Below are positions 29,747 through 38,948 of a stretch of 47,695 bases of DNA, in pieces (positions within the stretch are counted from its first letter, which is position 1; each line of letters starts with the position of its first letter). The stretch comes from Burkholderiales bacterium (lineage in GTDB: Bacteria > Pseudomonadota > Gammaproteobacteria > Burkholderiales > Burkholderiaceae_C), in contig JBBSDB010000001.1 in NCBI GenBank assembly GCA_038249735.1, positions 1 to 47,695 on the forward strand, written 5' to 3'. Both the position numbers and the translations under genes were made by a program. The notes beneath the pieces are model-generated. The model saw nothing but the letters and a program-made list of their open reading frames with translations, made no database searches and was not told the DNA's origin.

Positions 29747-30584
29747 TTGGAACTCTTCAACCAACCCAGCAGCCTGTGGCTGCTGGGTCTTGCGCTCGCC
29801 CTGTTGGCCACCGGTTTGGTGGCGGGCTTGCTGGCCGGCCTGCTCGGCGTGGGTGGCGGCATCGTCATCGTGCCGGTGCTCTACCACCTGTTCACCCTGC
29901 TGGGCATCGACGAGTCGGTGCGCATGCATGTGACGGTGGGCACCTCGCTGGCCACCATCATTCCCACCTCCATCATGTCCAGCCGGGCGCACCGCAAGCG
30001 CGGCAGCCTGGATCTTGCGCTGATCAAGCGGTTCATGCCCTCGGTGATCGTGGGCGTGCTGGCGGGCTCGGTGGCCAGCCGCTACCTGAGCGGCCCGGTG
30101 CTCACCGCGGTGTTCGCCACGGTGGCGGTGGTGGTGGCGTTGAACATGGCGCTCACGCGCGAAAGTTTTTTGGCTGGCCGACGGTTTGCCTGGGCCAGTG
30201 GGTACCTCCATGTTGGGCGGTGGTATCGGGAGCCTCTCGACCCTGATGGGCATTGGTGGCGGCACCCTGAGCGTGCCGATCCTCAACGCCTTGCGCGTGC
30301 CCACGCACACCGCCGTGGGCACCGGCGCCATGCTGGGCATGGTGATCAGCTTCCCTGGCGCGCTGGCATTTTTGGTCAACGGACTGGGAGTGCCCGGCCG
30401 ACCGCCGCTCAGTCTGGGCTACGTAAATCTGCTGGGCATGGCGATAATTATCCCGGCCACCATGGCCACCACCGGCTGGGGCGCGACACTTGCACATGCC
30501 ATCGACGCGCGTCGACTTCGTCAGGTATTCGCGGGCTTTCTCGCGCTCACTTCGTTGCGCATGTTCTATGGCTTGCTGCAATGA
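29747..30584 (+). pseudogene. TauE/SafE (TSUP) family exporter split by a +1 frameshift in a T6 run (real lesion or sequencing error)
   Basis: AGLLGVGGG in the first frame, STLMGIGGG..AVGT in the second; deleting one T at 30166-30171 gives a continuous ..RESFWLADGLPGP.. reading frame. Confidence 0.85.
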
Positions 30585-30612
30585 CACCCATAACATTTAG
30601 GAGATTTTCCCT

Positions 30613-32199
30613 GTGATCCACACCCTCAAAGCCCTGGGCGGCATGTTTGTCGCACCGCACCACTTGGCGGCGCAAGCCGGGCGCGATGTGCTGCGCGACG
30701 GCGGCAATGCGGTCGAAGCCATGGTGGCCGCTGCCGCCGCGATTGCGGTGGTCTACCCGCACATGAACGGCATCGGAGGCGACGGTTTCTGGTTGATCCA
30801 CGAGCCGGGCCAGGCGCCGGTGGCGATCGATGCGTGCGGCGCGTCGGCGGCGCTCGCCACGCCCGAGTTCTACGCTGGGCTGGACGCCATTGCCGCGCGT
30901 GGCCCCACCGCCGCGCTCACGGTGGCCGGCACCATCGGCGGCTGGGCCCAAGCGCTGGAGGTGGCCTCTGCCTGGGGGCCAGCGTTGCCGCTCTCGCGCC
31001 TGATGAGCGATGCCATTCGCCACGCGCGCCAGGGCGTGGCGGTGACCACCAGCCAGTCGGCCCTCACGCGCGAGAAGTTCGACGGCCTAAAAGACGCGCC
31101 AGGCTTTGCCGACACCTACCTGGTCAACGGCCAGCCACCGCAGCCCGGCCACATCCTGCGCCAACCAGCACTCGCCGACACGCTGGCGCAGCTCGCCGAG
31201 CGGGGGCTTGACGACTTCTACCGCGGCGAGCTGGCGCAGCGCATGGGCGCTGAGCTGGAGCGCGTGGGCAGCCCGCTGCGCACCAGCGATCTGGCCACCT
31301 ACCGCGCCCAGATCGTGGAACCCCTGGCGGTGCGCTTGAACGACAGCACGGTCTACAACCTGCCGCCGCCCACGCAAGGCCTCTCGGCCCTGATGATTCT
31401 GGGCCTGTTCGAGCGCCTGGGTGTGACCGAAGGCGAAGGCTTTGCCCACCTGCACGGCCTGGTGGAGGCCACCAAGCGCGCATTCCGCGTGCGTGAGCGT
31501 GTGGTGACCGATCCGCAGCGCGCACCGGCCGACCCGCGCAGCTTTCTGACGCCCGAGGCGCTGGACGAACTGGCCGCGCAGATCGACCCACAGCGCGCCC
31601 TGCCCTGGCCCGACATCGCCGCACCCGGCGACACCATCTGGATGGGCTGCGTCGACGCGCAAGGCCGTGCGGTGAGCTTCATCCAGAGCGTCTACTGGGA
31701 GTTCGGCTCGGGCACCGTGCTGGCCGGCACCGGCGTCTGCTGGCAGAACCGCGGCACGAGTTTTTCGCTCGACCCCCAAGCGCTCAATACGCTCAAGCCC
31801 GGCCACAAGCCCTTCCACACCCTGAATCCGTCGCTCGCGTTGTTCGACGACGGCCGCGTCATGCCTTTCGGCACCATGGGCGGTGAGGGCCAGCCACAAA
31901 CCCAGGCTGCCATCTTCACCCGCTACGCCCGCTTCGGCCAGACGCTGCAGCAAGCTCTGACCGCGCCGCGCTGGTTGCTCGGGCGCACCTGGGGCGGCGT
32001 GACCACCTCGTTGAAACTGGAGAGCCGCTTCGACCCGGCCCTGGTCGAGGCGCTGAAGGCGGCTGGGCACGAGGTGGAGGTGTTCGATGAGCCCTTCAGC
32101 GACACCATGGGCCACGCCGGCGCGCTCGTGCGCCACCCCAACGGCCTTATCGAAGGCGCTGCCGACCCGCGCAGCGACGGCATCGCAGCCGGCTTGTGA
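30613..32199 (+). CDS. hpxW: Gamma-glutamyltransferase-family Ntn hydrolase, HpxW-like oxamate amidohydrolase
   Basis: 528 aa; APHHLA, VYPHMNGIGGDGFWL, AALTVAGT, nucleophile GD-T-IWMG, SFIQSVYWEFGSG, PFHTLNP, GQPQTQAA, PRWLLGRTWG, MGHAGA..HPNG match the Klebsiella HpxW subfamily as I recall it. Confidence 0.8.
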   Translation: MIHTLKALGGMFVAPHHLAAQAGRDVLRDGGNAVEAMVAAAAAIAVVYPHMNGIGGDGFWLIHEPGQAPVAIDACGASAALATPEFYAGLDAIAARGPTAALTVAGTIGGWAQALEVASAWGPALPLSRLMSDAIRHARQGVAVTTSQSALTREKFDGLKDAPGFADTYLVNGQPPQPGHILRQPALADTLAQLAERGLDDFYRGELAQRMGAELERVGSPLRTSDLATYRAQIVEPLAVRLNDSTVYNLPPPTQGLSALMILGLFERLGVTEGEGFAHLHGLVEATKRAFRVRERVVTDPQRAPADPRSFLTPEALDELAAQIDPQRALPWPDIAAPGDTIWMGCVDAQGRAVSFIQSVYWEFGSGTVLAGTGVCWQNRGTSFSLDPQALNTLKPGHKPFHTLNPSLALFDDGRVMPFGTMGGEGQPQTQAAIFTRYARFGQTLQQALTAPRWLLGRTWGGVTTSLKLESRFDPALVEALKAAGHEVEVFDEPFSDTMGHAGALVRHPNGLIEGAADPRSDGIAAGL

Positions 32200-32305
32200 T
32201 GCAACCCACGTCGGCTTGACGATGGCGCTGGTCTACCCATCTTCGACGTCAGCGACAACGGCTGACAGAGGTTGCCGCGCGTGAGCGCGCAGCAACCGAC
32301 TGCGC

Positions 32306-33217
32306 TCAGCCAGCCACCAGTGCGCCCGCCTTCATGCGGTCGCGCGCCAGGGTTTCGCGGGTCGCCATGCGGCGGAAGAAGAGGGTGACCACGCTGCTGC
32401 TGAGCACGATGAAAAGCGAGTACAGCACCGGGATCAGCAGTACCTCTTGCTGGATGGTGGTGGCGATGCTGAGCGTGATGATGAGCACCGCCAGCGGTCC
32501 GTTCTGGATGCCGGTTTCCAGCGCGATGGTGCGGCTGCGGTTGTTGTCTTGCTTGAGCAAGCGCGCCATGGCGTAACCCAGCGCCATGCCGATCAGGCCC
32601 AGACCGATCGCCGCGAAGTACACCGGCCACGGTGTCTCTGCCAGCAGCTGGTGGTTGCGCGGCACCCAAGTGGCGACCAGAAACACGATCACCACAATGC
32701 CCATGAAGCCGCCGAGCAGCTCGATGGTGGCGCCGATGTTGGGGTTGAGCTTGCGCAGCACCATGCCCAGCACGGTGGGCACGAGCAGCACGACCAGCAC
32801 CTGCGCCACGTTGGCCGCCGGGATCTTGAACTCGCTGGAGAGCCCCGCCATGGACGAATAGAACTCCAGCAGCAGTGGCACCATCACCAGCGCGGCCAGT
32901 GTGCAGACCGTGGTCATCAGGATGGACAGCGCCAGCACGCCCTTGCTGAAGTAGCTGAAGATGTTGGAGGTGGTGCCGCCGGGCATGCAGGCGATCAGGA
33001 TCAGGCCCACCGTGAGGCCGGGCGACAAATTCAGCGCCATCGCCAGCGCAAAGCCCAGCAGCGGCATGATGCCGAACTGGCACACCATGCCGACCAGCAC
33101 GCCCTTGGGTTTGCGAAAGGCAATCAGAAAGTCGCGCCAGGTGAGTGAGGCGCCCATGCCCAGCATGATGACCATCATCATGATGCCGAGCAGGCGGGTT
33201 TCGAATTCGGTGATCAT
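32306..33217 (-). CDS. Bile acid:sodium symporter (BASS) family transporter
   Basis: MLGMG, QFGIMP, CMPGGTTSN, TIALETGIQN. Confidence 0.92.
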   Translation of the reverse strand: MITEFETRLLGIMMMVIMLGMGASLTWRDFLIAFRKPKGVLVGMVCQFGIMPLLGFALAMALNLSPGLTVGLILIACMPGGTTSNIFSYFSKGVLALSILMTTVCTLAALVMVPLLLEFYSSMAGLSSEFKIPAANVAQVLVVLLVPTVLGMVLRKLNPNIGATIELLGGFMGIVVIVFLVATWVPRNHQLLAETPWPVYFAAIGLGLIGMALGYAMARLLKQDNNRSRTIALETGIQNGPLAVLIITLSIATTIQQEVLLIPVLYSLFIVLSSSVVTLFFRRMATRETLARDRMKAGALVAG

Positions 33218-33249
33218 GTTTTGTTCTCCTCAACCAATTTTCTTGTGTG

Positions 33250-35028
33250 TCAGCGGGCCTTGGATGCCTGGGCCTGGGCCTCGGCCTTGAGTTCCTTGCG
33301 CAGCACCTTGCCGATCGGGCTTTTCGGCAGCTCGTCGCGCATCACCACCGAGCGCGGCACCTTGTACGCGGTGAGCTGCTGGCGGCAGTGGGCCAGCACC
33401 TGCTCGGCCGTGAGCTTGCCGACGTGGTCCGGGTGCGGCACCACATAGGCGCGCACCGCCTCGCCGGTCTTGGCATCGTTCACGCCGATCACCGCCCCCT
33501 CCAGCACCGTGTCGAGCTGCGCGATGGTGTCTTCCACCTCGTTGGGGTAGACGTTGAAGCCGGAGACCAGCACCAGATCTTTCTTGCGGTCGACGATGCG
33601 CAGAAAACCGTCGGTTTCCATCACCGCCACGTCGCCCGTGGCCAGCCAGCCGTCGCTCAGCACAGCGGCTGTCTCGGCCGGGTTGTTCCAGTAGCCCTGC
33701 ATCACCTGCGGGCCGCGCACGCAGATCTCGCCCGGCTCGCCCGGTGCCACCGGCAGGCCGTCGCCCCCGAGCAAGCGCACCTCGGTGCCGGGCGCGGGGA
33801 TGCCAATGGAGCCCAGGCGCGGCGTGCCGCGCAGCGGGTTGAAGCTCACCACTGGCGAAGTTTCGGTCAGACCGTAGCCCTCGGCGATCGGTGTGCGTGT
33901 GACCTCGGTCCAGCGCTGCGCCACCGCACTGTGCAGCGCGGTGCCACCGGCGATCGAGGCCTTGAGCTGCTTGGGCGGGTAGGCGGTGAACCACTCTTCA
34001 TTGAGCAGGCCGTTGAACAGGGTGTTGACGCCCGTCATCCAGGTGATGGGGAAGTTTTCCACCGCGCGCTGCAGGTTTTGCACCGGGCGCGGACTGGGCA
34101 CCAAGACGTTGTGCGCACCGATCGAGAGGAAGCCCAGCAGGTTGGCTGTGAAAGCGAAGATGTGATAAAGCGGCAAGGCGGTGAGCACACACTCTCGGCC
34201 CGGCTCCATGTGGGTGGCGCCCATGGCCAACATCTGGTTGACGTTGTTGAGCAGGTTGCCGTGGCTGAGCATGGCGCCCTTGCTCACGCCGGTGGTGCCG
34301 CCGGTGTACTGCAAGGCGGCGAGGTGCTCGGGCCGCAGGCCTTGCCAGTAGGTCTTGGCGGGTGTGGCGGCCAGCGTGGCCCGGCCTTGCGCCAGCGCCT
34401 GGGTCAGCCGCAGATGGGGCACGGTCACCGGCGGCAAGACGCGGCTCCAGACCTTCTGCACGCCGCGAATAATGGCGCCTGGGATGACGGGGAAAAACTC
34501 GTTCACCCGCGCCAGCACCACATGCTTCACGCCGGTGCGCTGGAGCACGCCGCTCAGCTTGTCGGCAAACATGTCCATCACCACCAGCGCGGTGGCGCCG
34601 GCGTCGTTGAACTGGTGCACCATCTCGCTCTCGGTGTAAAGCGGGTTGGTATTGACCAGCACGCAACCGGCCTTGAGCACGCCGAACGCCACCACCGGAT
34701 AGGCCAGGCAGTTGGGCATCTGCACCGCCACCCGGTCACCGGCTTTCAACCCCAGCGTCTGGCGCAGGTAGCCGGCAAACGCATCGGAGTGCTCGTTGAC
34801 CTGCGCAAAGCTCAAGCGGCCGTTCATGCCGTTGGGCATCACACAGCTGAAAGCGGGATGCTTCAAACGTTTCGCCGCTTGCTCGGCGGCGAAATGGGTG
34901 CAGCGCTCCTGCACCAGCTCGGCGAGCGAAGCATGTGGCGGCGCTGGCAGATCGGCCACGATGCCTGCGCTGGCATAGGTGGCGAGCCAAGGGCGGTGGG
35001 TGGGGTCGAACGGCGTCTCGTTTTTCAT
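33250..35028 (-). CDS. fadD: Long-chain fatty acid-CoA ligase
   Basis: QYTGGTTGVSKG, EGYGLTETSP, TGD, DRKKDLVLVSGFNVYPNEVE, PKSPIGK. Confidence 0.88.
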   Translation of the reverse strand: MKNETPFDPTHRPWLATYASAGIVADLPAPPHASLAELVQERCTHFAAEQAAKRLKHPAFSCVMPNGMNGRLSFAQVNEHSDAFAGYLRQTLGLKAGDRVAVQMPNCLAYPVVAFGVLKAGCVLVNTNPLYTESEMVHQFNDAGATALVVMDMFADKLSGVLQRTGVKHVVLARVNEFFPVIPGAIIRGVQKVWSRVLPPVTVPHLRLTQALAQGRATLAATPAKTYWQGLRPEHLAALQYTGGTTGVSKGAMLSHGNLLNNVNQMLAMGATHMEPGRECVLTALPLYHIFAFTANLLGFLSIGAHNVLVPSPRPVQNLQRAVENFPITWMTGVNTLFNGLLNEEWFTAYPPKQLKASIAGGTALHSAVAQRWTEVTRTPIAEGYGLTETSPVVSFNPLRGTPRLGSIGIPAPGTEVRLLGGDGLPVAPGEPGEICVRGPQVMQGYWNNPAETAAVLSDGWLATGDVAVMETDGFLRIVDRKKDLVLVSGFNVYPNEVEDTIAQLDTVLEGAVIGVNDAKTGEAVRAYVVPHPDHVGKLTAEQVLAHCRQQLTAYKVPRSVVMRDELPKSPIGKVLRKELKAEAQAQASKAR

Positions 35029-35079
35029 GGTCTTCCTCGGGGCGAATGGGTCGTTATTGTGAAGACTTTCGTGGGGCTT

Positions 35080-35721
35080 TCAGACAGCCAGCTGGGCCCA
35101 GCCCCGCTGCACCAGTTCCACCACCAGGTGCGAGAAGGACACCATGTAAACCATGGCGCCTACCCCGGCCACCCCCGCCAGCAGCAGCGCCAGGCCGTCT
35201 CGGAACATCCAGCCCAGGCTGAGCAGCACGAGGCTGATGGCGGGCAGCACGTTGCCAAACGGCAGCGGAATGAAGATGAGCACGGCCATGAGCGCGATCC
35301 ATACGCCCCAAAGCGGGCGCAGGCGGCGGTTGCTCATGGCGATCCAGCGCGGGCGCAGCAGCCGATCTGCCTGCTCGTAGAGCCAGGCCAGACCGTGCAG
35401 GCAGCGCCGCGTCCAGACTTCGTTGAGCGTCACGCGGCCCAGCCGCTCGGGCAATGGCATGTTGTCCATGCCGCGCAGCCAGGTCCACGAAAGCAAAAAG
35501 ATGCCCAGGCTGAGCACCATGCCGGCGCCAGCGATCGGCAGCGTGGCCATCACCGCCAGCAACATCATCAGAACCGGCCCGGACGCGTCGCCGTGCAGCC
35601 GAATCAGCTCGGCCAGGCTCAGGCGCAAGCCCGCCGGCTCTGGGGAGCCGGCGGGCGTTTCTCGCGATGCTTCGGCAGGCTGGGCCGCCAGCCGGAGCGT
35701 CTGGGCCAGGGCGCGGTTCAT
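35080..35721 (-). CDS. ExoD-family membrane protein
   Basis: LMMLLAVMATLP, LLRPRW, PLPFGNVLPA..LSLGWMFRDG; ATG 35721 overlaps upstream stop. Confidence 0.85.
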   Translation of the reverse strand: MNRALAQTLRLAAQPAEASRETPAGSPEPAGLRLSLAELIRLHGDASGPVLMMLLAVMATLPIAGAGMVLSLGIFLLSWTWLRGMDNMPLPERLGRVTLNEVWTRRCLHGLAWLYEQADRLLRPRWIAMSNRRLRPLWGVWIALMAVLIFIPLPFGNVLPAISLVLLSLGWMFRDGLALLLAGVAGVGAMVYMVSFSHLVVELVQRGWAQLAV

Positions 35722-36116
35722 GCGGTTCTGCGCGTCAAACTGGATGGGCGAGAGAACTTGCCCAGCAAGAAATGTCCAGCTATCGCGGCAGCAAGCATCA
35801 TCAGCATGACCAAGCCCCAGACGATCCACATCACGGGGATCAACCAACTCACCACGCCACCCAGTGCTGGGCCGCTTTGGCCGAGCCAGCCCATTACGTC
35901 AACCCAGGCGGCTTGCAAGCCCTGCACCCAGGCCGGGTCGATCCACAGGCTGAGCCAGGCCGGCACCGGCCACTGGCCCACGTTGGTGATCACGTCGCCG
36001 GCCTGGCCGGAGGCCACGGTGGTGGCCAGCCAGCCCGTGAGCTCGGCGGACACCAGCACCGTGCCGGTCCACAAGGCGGCAAGCAACGCAAATACAATCC
36101 AAAGGGCAATTTTCAT
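35718..36116 (-). CDS. Hypothetical Trp-rich membrane protein
   Basis: MKIALWIVFALLAALWTG..WPVPAWLSLW..WIVWGLV; coupled to exoD. Confidence 0.75.
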   Translation of the reverse strand: MKIALWIVFALLAALWTGTVLVSAELTGWLATTVASGQAGDVITNVGQWPVPAWLSLWIDPAWVQGLQAAWVDVMGWLGQSGPALGGVVSWLIPVMWIVWGLVMLMMLAAAIAGHFLLGKFSRPSSLTRRTA

Positions 36117-36148
36117 GGGGTTCTCACGCAGTAAAAGGGGCCAGAGAC

Positions 36149-36580
36149 TCACGCCGCCAGCCGCTCGCGCGGTGGATCGTCGTGGCCAGGAACGGGCGGT
36201 TGCGGCCAGGCTTTGGCCATCTCGTCGAGCAGGGCCACTTCACCATCGGCCAGGTGGCTGTCGCACAGCATCACCGCTTCGCACAGGGCGCGCACTTCGG
36301 CGCCGAGTACCGGGTTCTGTATCTCGGCGAACAGGCTGCGCCGCGTGGCGCTGTCGATGGCGGCCGAGCCCAGCCATTCGCCGTGTGTGGCCATCAGCAG
36401 GTCTTCGCAGAAGTGATCGATCACCATCTTGAAGGCTTCAGGCGCCAGGCCCAAGCGCGCCGGGGCGCCCATTCGGTCCAGCGCTTTGATCTCCGTAATG
36501 GCGTAATGGCCGTCGGCGACCAAAGCCATGGCGAGCAGCCGGGTAGCGGCTTCGGGACTGTCGGTGGGATAGCTGCGCAT
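36149..36580 (-). CDS. TerB-family protein
   Basis: MRSYPTDSPEAATRLLAMALVADGH..E and second CDSHLADGE metal-site repeat. Confidence 0.82.
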   Translation of the reverse strand: MRSYPTDSPEAATRLLAMALVADGHYAITEIKALDRMGAPARLGLAPEAFKMVIDHFCEDLLMATHGEWLGSAAIDSATRRSLFAEIQNPVLGAEVRALCEAVMLCDSHLADGEVALLDEMAKAWPQPPVPGHDDPPRERLAA

Positions 36581-36609
36581 GGGTGTCTCCGGTTGGGATG
36601 GTGGAAGAT

Positions 36610-37314
36610 TTATTCGTCACCGCCACCCATGCCGAGCAGGCTCAGCAGGCTGGCGAACAGGTTGAACACCGATACATACAGACCCACGGTGGCGAGCACG
36701 TAATTGGTCTCACCGCCGTTCACGATGCGGCTGGTTTCGAAAAGGATCAGGCCGACCGACAGCAGCGCCACCAGGCCAGACACCGCCAGCGCCAAACCGG
36801 GCATCTGGAAGAACATGGCGCCCAGGGCCAGCATGATCGCGACCACGATGCCGGCGAACAGGAAGCCGCCCATGAAGCTGAAGTCGCGCTTGGTGGCGAG
36901 CACATAGGCCGAGAGCGCAACAAAGGTGGCGCCGGTGGCAGCCAGCGCGGTCACGATGGTTTGCGCGCCGCCGGGCAGTGACAAGGTCTGGGTGAGCATG
37001 GGGCCCAGGGTGTAGCCCATGAAGCCGGTCAGGGCAAACACGAGTGGCAGCGCCCAGACGCTGTTTTGCGTCTTGTGAATCGCAAACAGCAGACCAAAAA
37101 AGCCCACCAATGTGATCACCAGCCCGGGCGCCGGCAGTTGAAGTGCCACGCCGGTAGCGGCCACCCCCGCACTCCAGAGCAGGGTGAGCGACAGCAGGGC
37201 GTAGGTATTTTTGAGGACGCGCGCGACCTCGGGGCTGTGTTGTTGCAGCGAGCCGCGCGCGCCGGGCAGGCGCTGGTCGCGGGGCAAGGCAATGGTGCGG
37301 GGTGAGTCGTTCAT
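36610..37314 (-). CDS. yccA: Bax inhibitor-1/YccA family membrane protein
   Basis: RVLKNTYALL, FTGFMGYTLGP, KRDFSFMGGFL, GGETNY. Confidence 0.9.
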   Translation of the reverse strand: MNDSPRTIALPRDQRLPGARGSLQQHSPEVARVLKNTYALLSLTLLWSAGVAATGVALQLPAPGLVITLVGFFGLLFAIHKTQNSVWALPLVFALTGFMGYTLGPMLTQTLSLPGGAQTIVTALAATGATFVALSAYVLATKRDFSFMGGFLFAGIVVAIMLALGAMFFQMPGLALAVSGLVALLSVGLILFETSRIVNGGETNYVLATVGLYVSVFNLFASLLSLLGMGGGDE

Positions 37315-37386
37315 GGTGTGTTCCTGAGTTCGGTTGGGGTCAATGATTGGGAAGAGTTGAAGATCCGGTGCTGGTTCGGCGTGCGG

Positions 37387-37749
37387 TCACATCGCCACCT
37401 CGGGCGCCAGCGAGCGCGCCGGCTGGCGGGCGGTGCAGCGCTGCTTTTGCCACTGGCGTACCAGCGCGGTGGTGGCGCGCTTCAGGGCCGCTTCGAGCGC
37501 CTGCACCGCATGGCGGCGGGTGGCGTGGACGACCACAGTGCCCAGGCCGTCGGTGGTGAGCTGGATCTGGCAGCGCTGGTCGACACCGCCGCGCGGTCCG
37601 TTCACATCCACCAGCCGCACATGGGCCTGCAGCACCTCGCCGCGCAGCCGGCGCATCGCAAATCGCAGGCGGCGCTCGGCAATGCCGCGCCAGGCCTGCA
37701 TGTCGGCGGGAGCGCCCTGGGCCTGGGGAGAGTCGATGAAAATGTTCAC
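37387..37749 (-). CDS. HPF/RaiA-like ribosome-associated protein
   Basis: GTG start after AGGAG; ERRLRFAMRR, VRLVDVNGPRGGVDQRC. Confidence 0.8.
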   Translation of the reverse strand: MNIFIDSPQAQGAPADMQAWRGIAERRLRFAMRRLRGEVLQAHVRLVDVNGPRGGVDQRCQIQLTTDGLGTVVVHATRRHAVQALEAALKRATTALVRQWQKQRCTARQPARSLAPEVAM

Positions 37750-37842
37750 GGTGGGCTCCTGAGGAAACAACGGGTAGGGGTTTTTCAGTGAGGCTTGAAG
37801 ATAGTGGCGCTTAAGCTCTTGTTAAAGCAGATAATGGCTGAC

Positions 37843-37857
37843 TTTCATTCCTTGAAA
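37843..37857. promoter_or_regulatory. Putative LysR T-N11-A box in divergent promoter
   Basis: TTTCA-TTCCT-TGAAA dyad in the AT-rich 37750-37865 gap. Confidence 0.5.
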
Positions 37858-37865
37858 AAGTGAAA

Positions 37866-38753
37866 ATGAGCCAAGACCTCAACTACAAGCACCTGTATTA
37901 CTTCTGGGTCACCGCCAAGGAAGGCGGGATGTCGCATGCGGCCGCGCGCCTGGGCATGGCGGTGCAAACGGTGAGCGCGCAGGTGCGTCTGCTGGAGCAG
38001 TCGCTGGGCCATGCGCTGTTCAAGCCGGCCGGGCGCGGCCTGGTGCTGACCGAGGCCGGGCAGGCGGCGCTGCAGGTGGCCGAGCAAATCTTTCATTTGG
38101 GCGAGCAGCTGCACACCGCGGTGCGCGACGCCACCAGCCAGAGCGGTGTGCGGCTGGTGGTGGGCATCTCCGACGGTCTGGCCAAGCTCGCGGTGCGCGA
38201 GCTCCTCGCGCCCGCACTCACTGAGCCTCGGCTGCGCCTGGTTTGCCACGAGGGCGATTTCGAAGACCTGCTGGCCGACCTTGCGCTGCACCGGCTCGAC
38301 GTGGTGCTTTCCGACCGACCCGCGCCGGCCAACCCCAACCTCAGGCTCTACAGCCATCCGCTGGGCAGCTCACCGCTGTGCTGGTACGCACCGCCCGGTT
38401 TGCTGGACACGGCCCAGCAAGACTTCCCGCACAGCCTGGCCAAGGTGCCGGTGTTGTTGCCCAGCGCGCAGGCGTCGGTGCGGCTGGCGATCGATCAGTG
38501 GTTTGAGCAGCACAGCGTGCGGCCCAATCTGGTGGGTGAGTTTCAGGACAGCGCGCTTTTGGCCACCTTTGGAGCCTCGGGTATGGGCGTGTTCCCAGCC
38601 TCCGAGCTGATGCGCGACAACCTCAAGCAAGGCTATGGCCTGCGCGGCTTTGCGGCTTGCGAAGGGGTGCAGGAACACCATTTCGCCATCGGTACCGCAC
38701 GCAAGGTGCAACACCCGCTGGTGCAGCGCTTGCTGAAATCCGCAGAGGCTTGA
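37866..38753 (+). CDS. nhaR: LysR family regulator, NhaR-like
   Basis: LNYKHLYYFWVTAKEG, QTVSAQV, LALHRLDVVLSD, GEFQDSALL..FG. Confidence 0.82.
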   Translation: MSQDLNYKHLYYFWVTAKEGGMSHAAARLGMAVQTVSAQVRLLEQSLGHALFKPAGRGLVLTEAGQAALQVAEQIFHLGEQLHTAVRDATSQSGVRLVVGISDGLAKLAVRELLAPALTEPRLRLVCHEGDFEDLLADLALHRLDVVLSDRPAPANPNLRLYSHPLGSSPLCWYAPPGLLDTAQQDFPHSLAKVPVLLPSAQASVRLAIDQWFEQHSVRPNLVGEFQDSALLATFGASGMGVFPASELMRDNLKQGYGLRGFAACEGVQEHHFAIGTARKVQHPLVQRLLKSAEA

Positions 38754-38791
38754 CGCCTGAAACCATGGCCGTTGGGGGCACGCCTCTAATG

Positions 38792-38865
38792 TTTGCTGCA
38801 TTGCAGCAAAACACTTGATTCAGCGCCAGATCGCCGTACAATCGCGTTTATGCTGCACTGCAACA
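38792..38865 (+). promoter_or_regulatory. Phasin promoter flanked by two putative PhaR boxes
   Basis: TTTGCTGCA-T-TGCAGCAAA (38792-38810) and TGCTGCACTGCAACA (38851-38865) bracket TTGATT-N16-TACAAT. Confidence 0.65.
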
Positions 38866-38948
38866 CAGAATGCAAAAAATGCAGATGTGCTGACCGAGCA
38901 TCCCGCCGTCAGCAGCCCGATTGATCCACTCTCTTCAAGGAAACCACC

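Noticed and set aside
33247-36432. 1061-aa plus-strand ORF
   Set aside because: Antisense shadow of fadD/exoD/terB; typical high-GC artefact with no motifs
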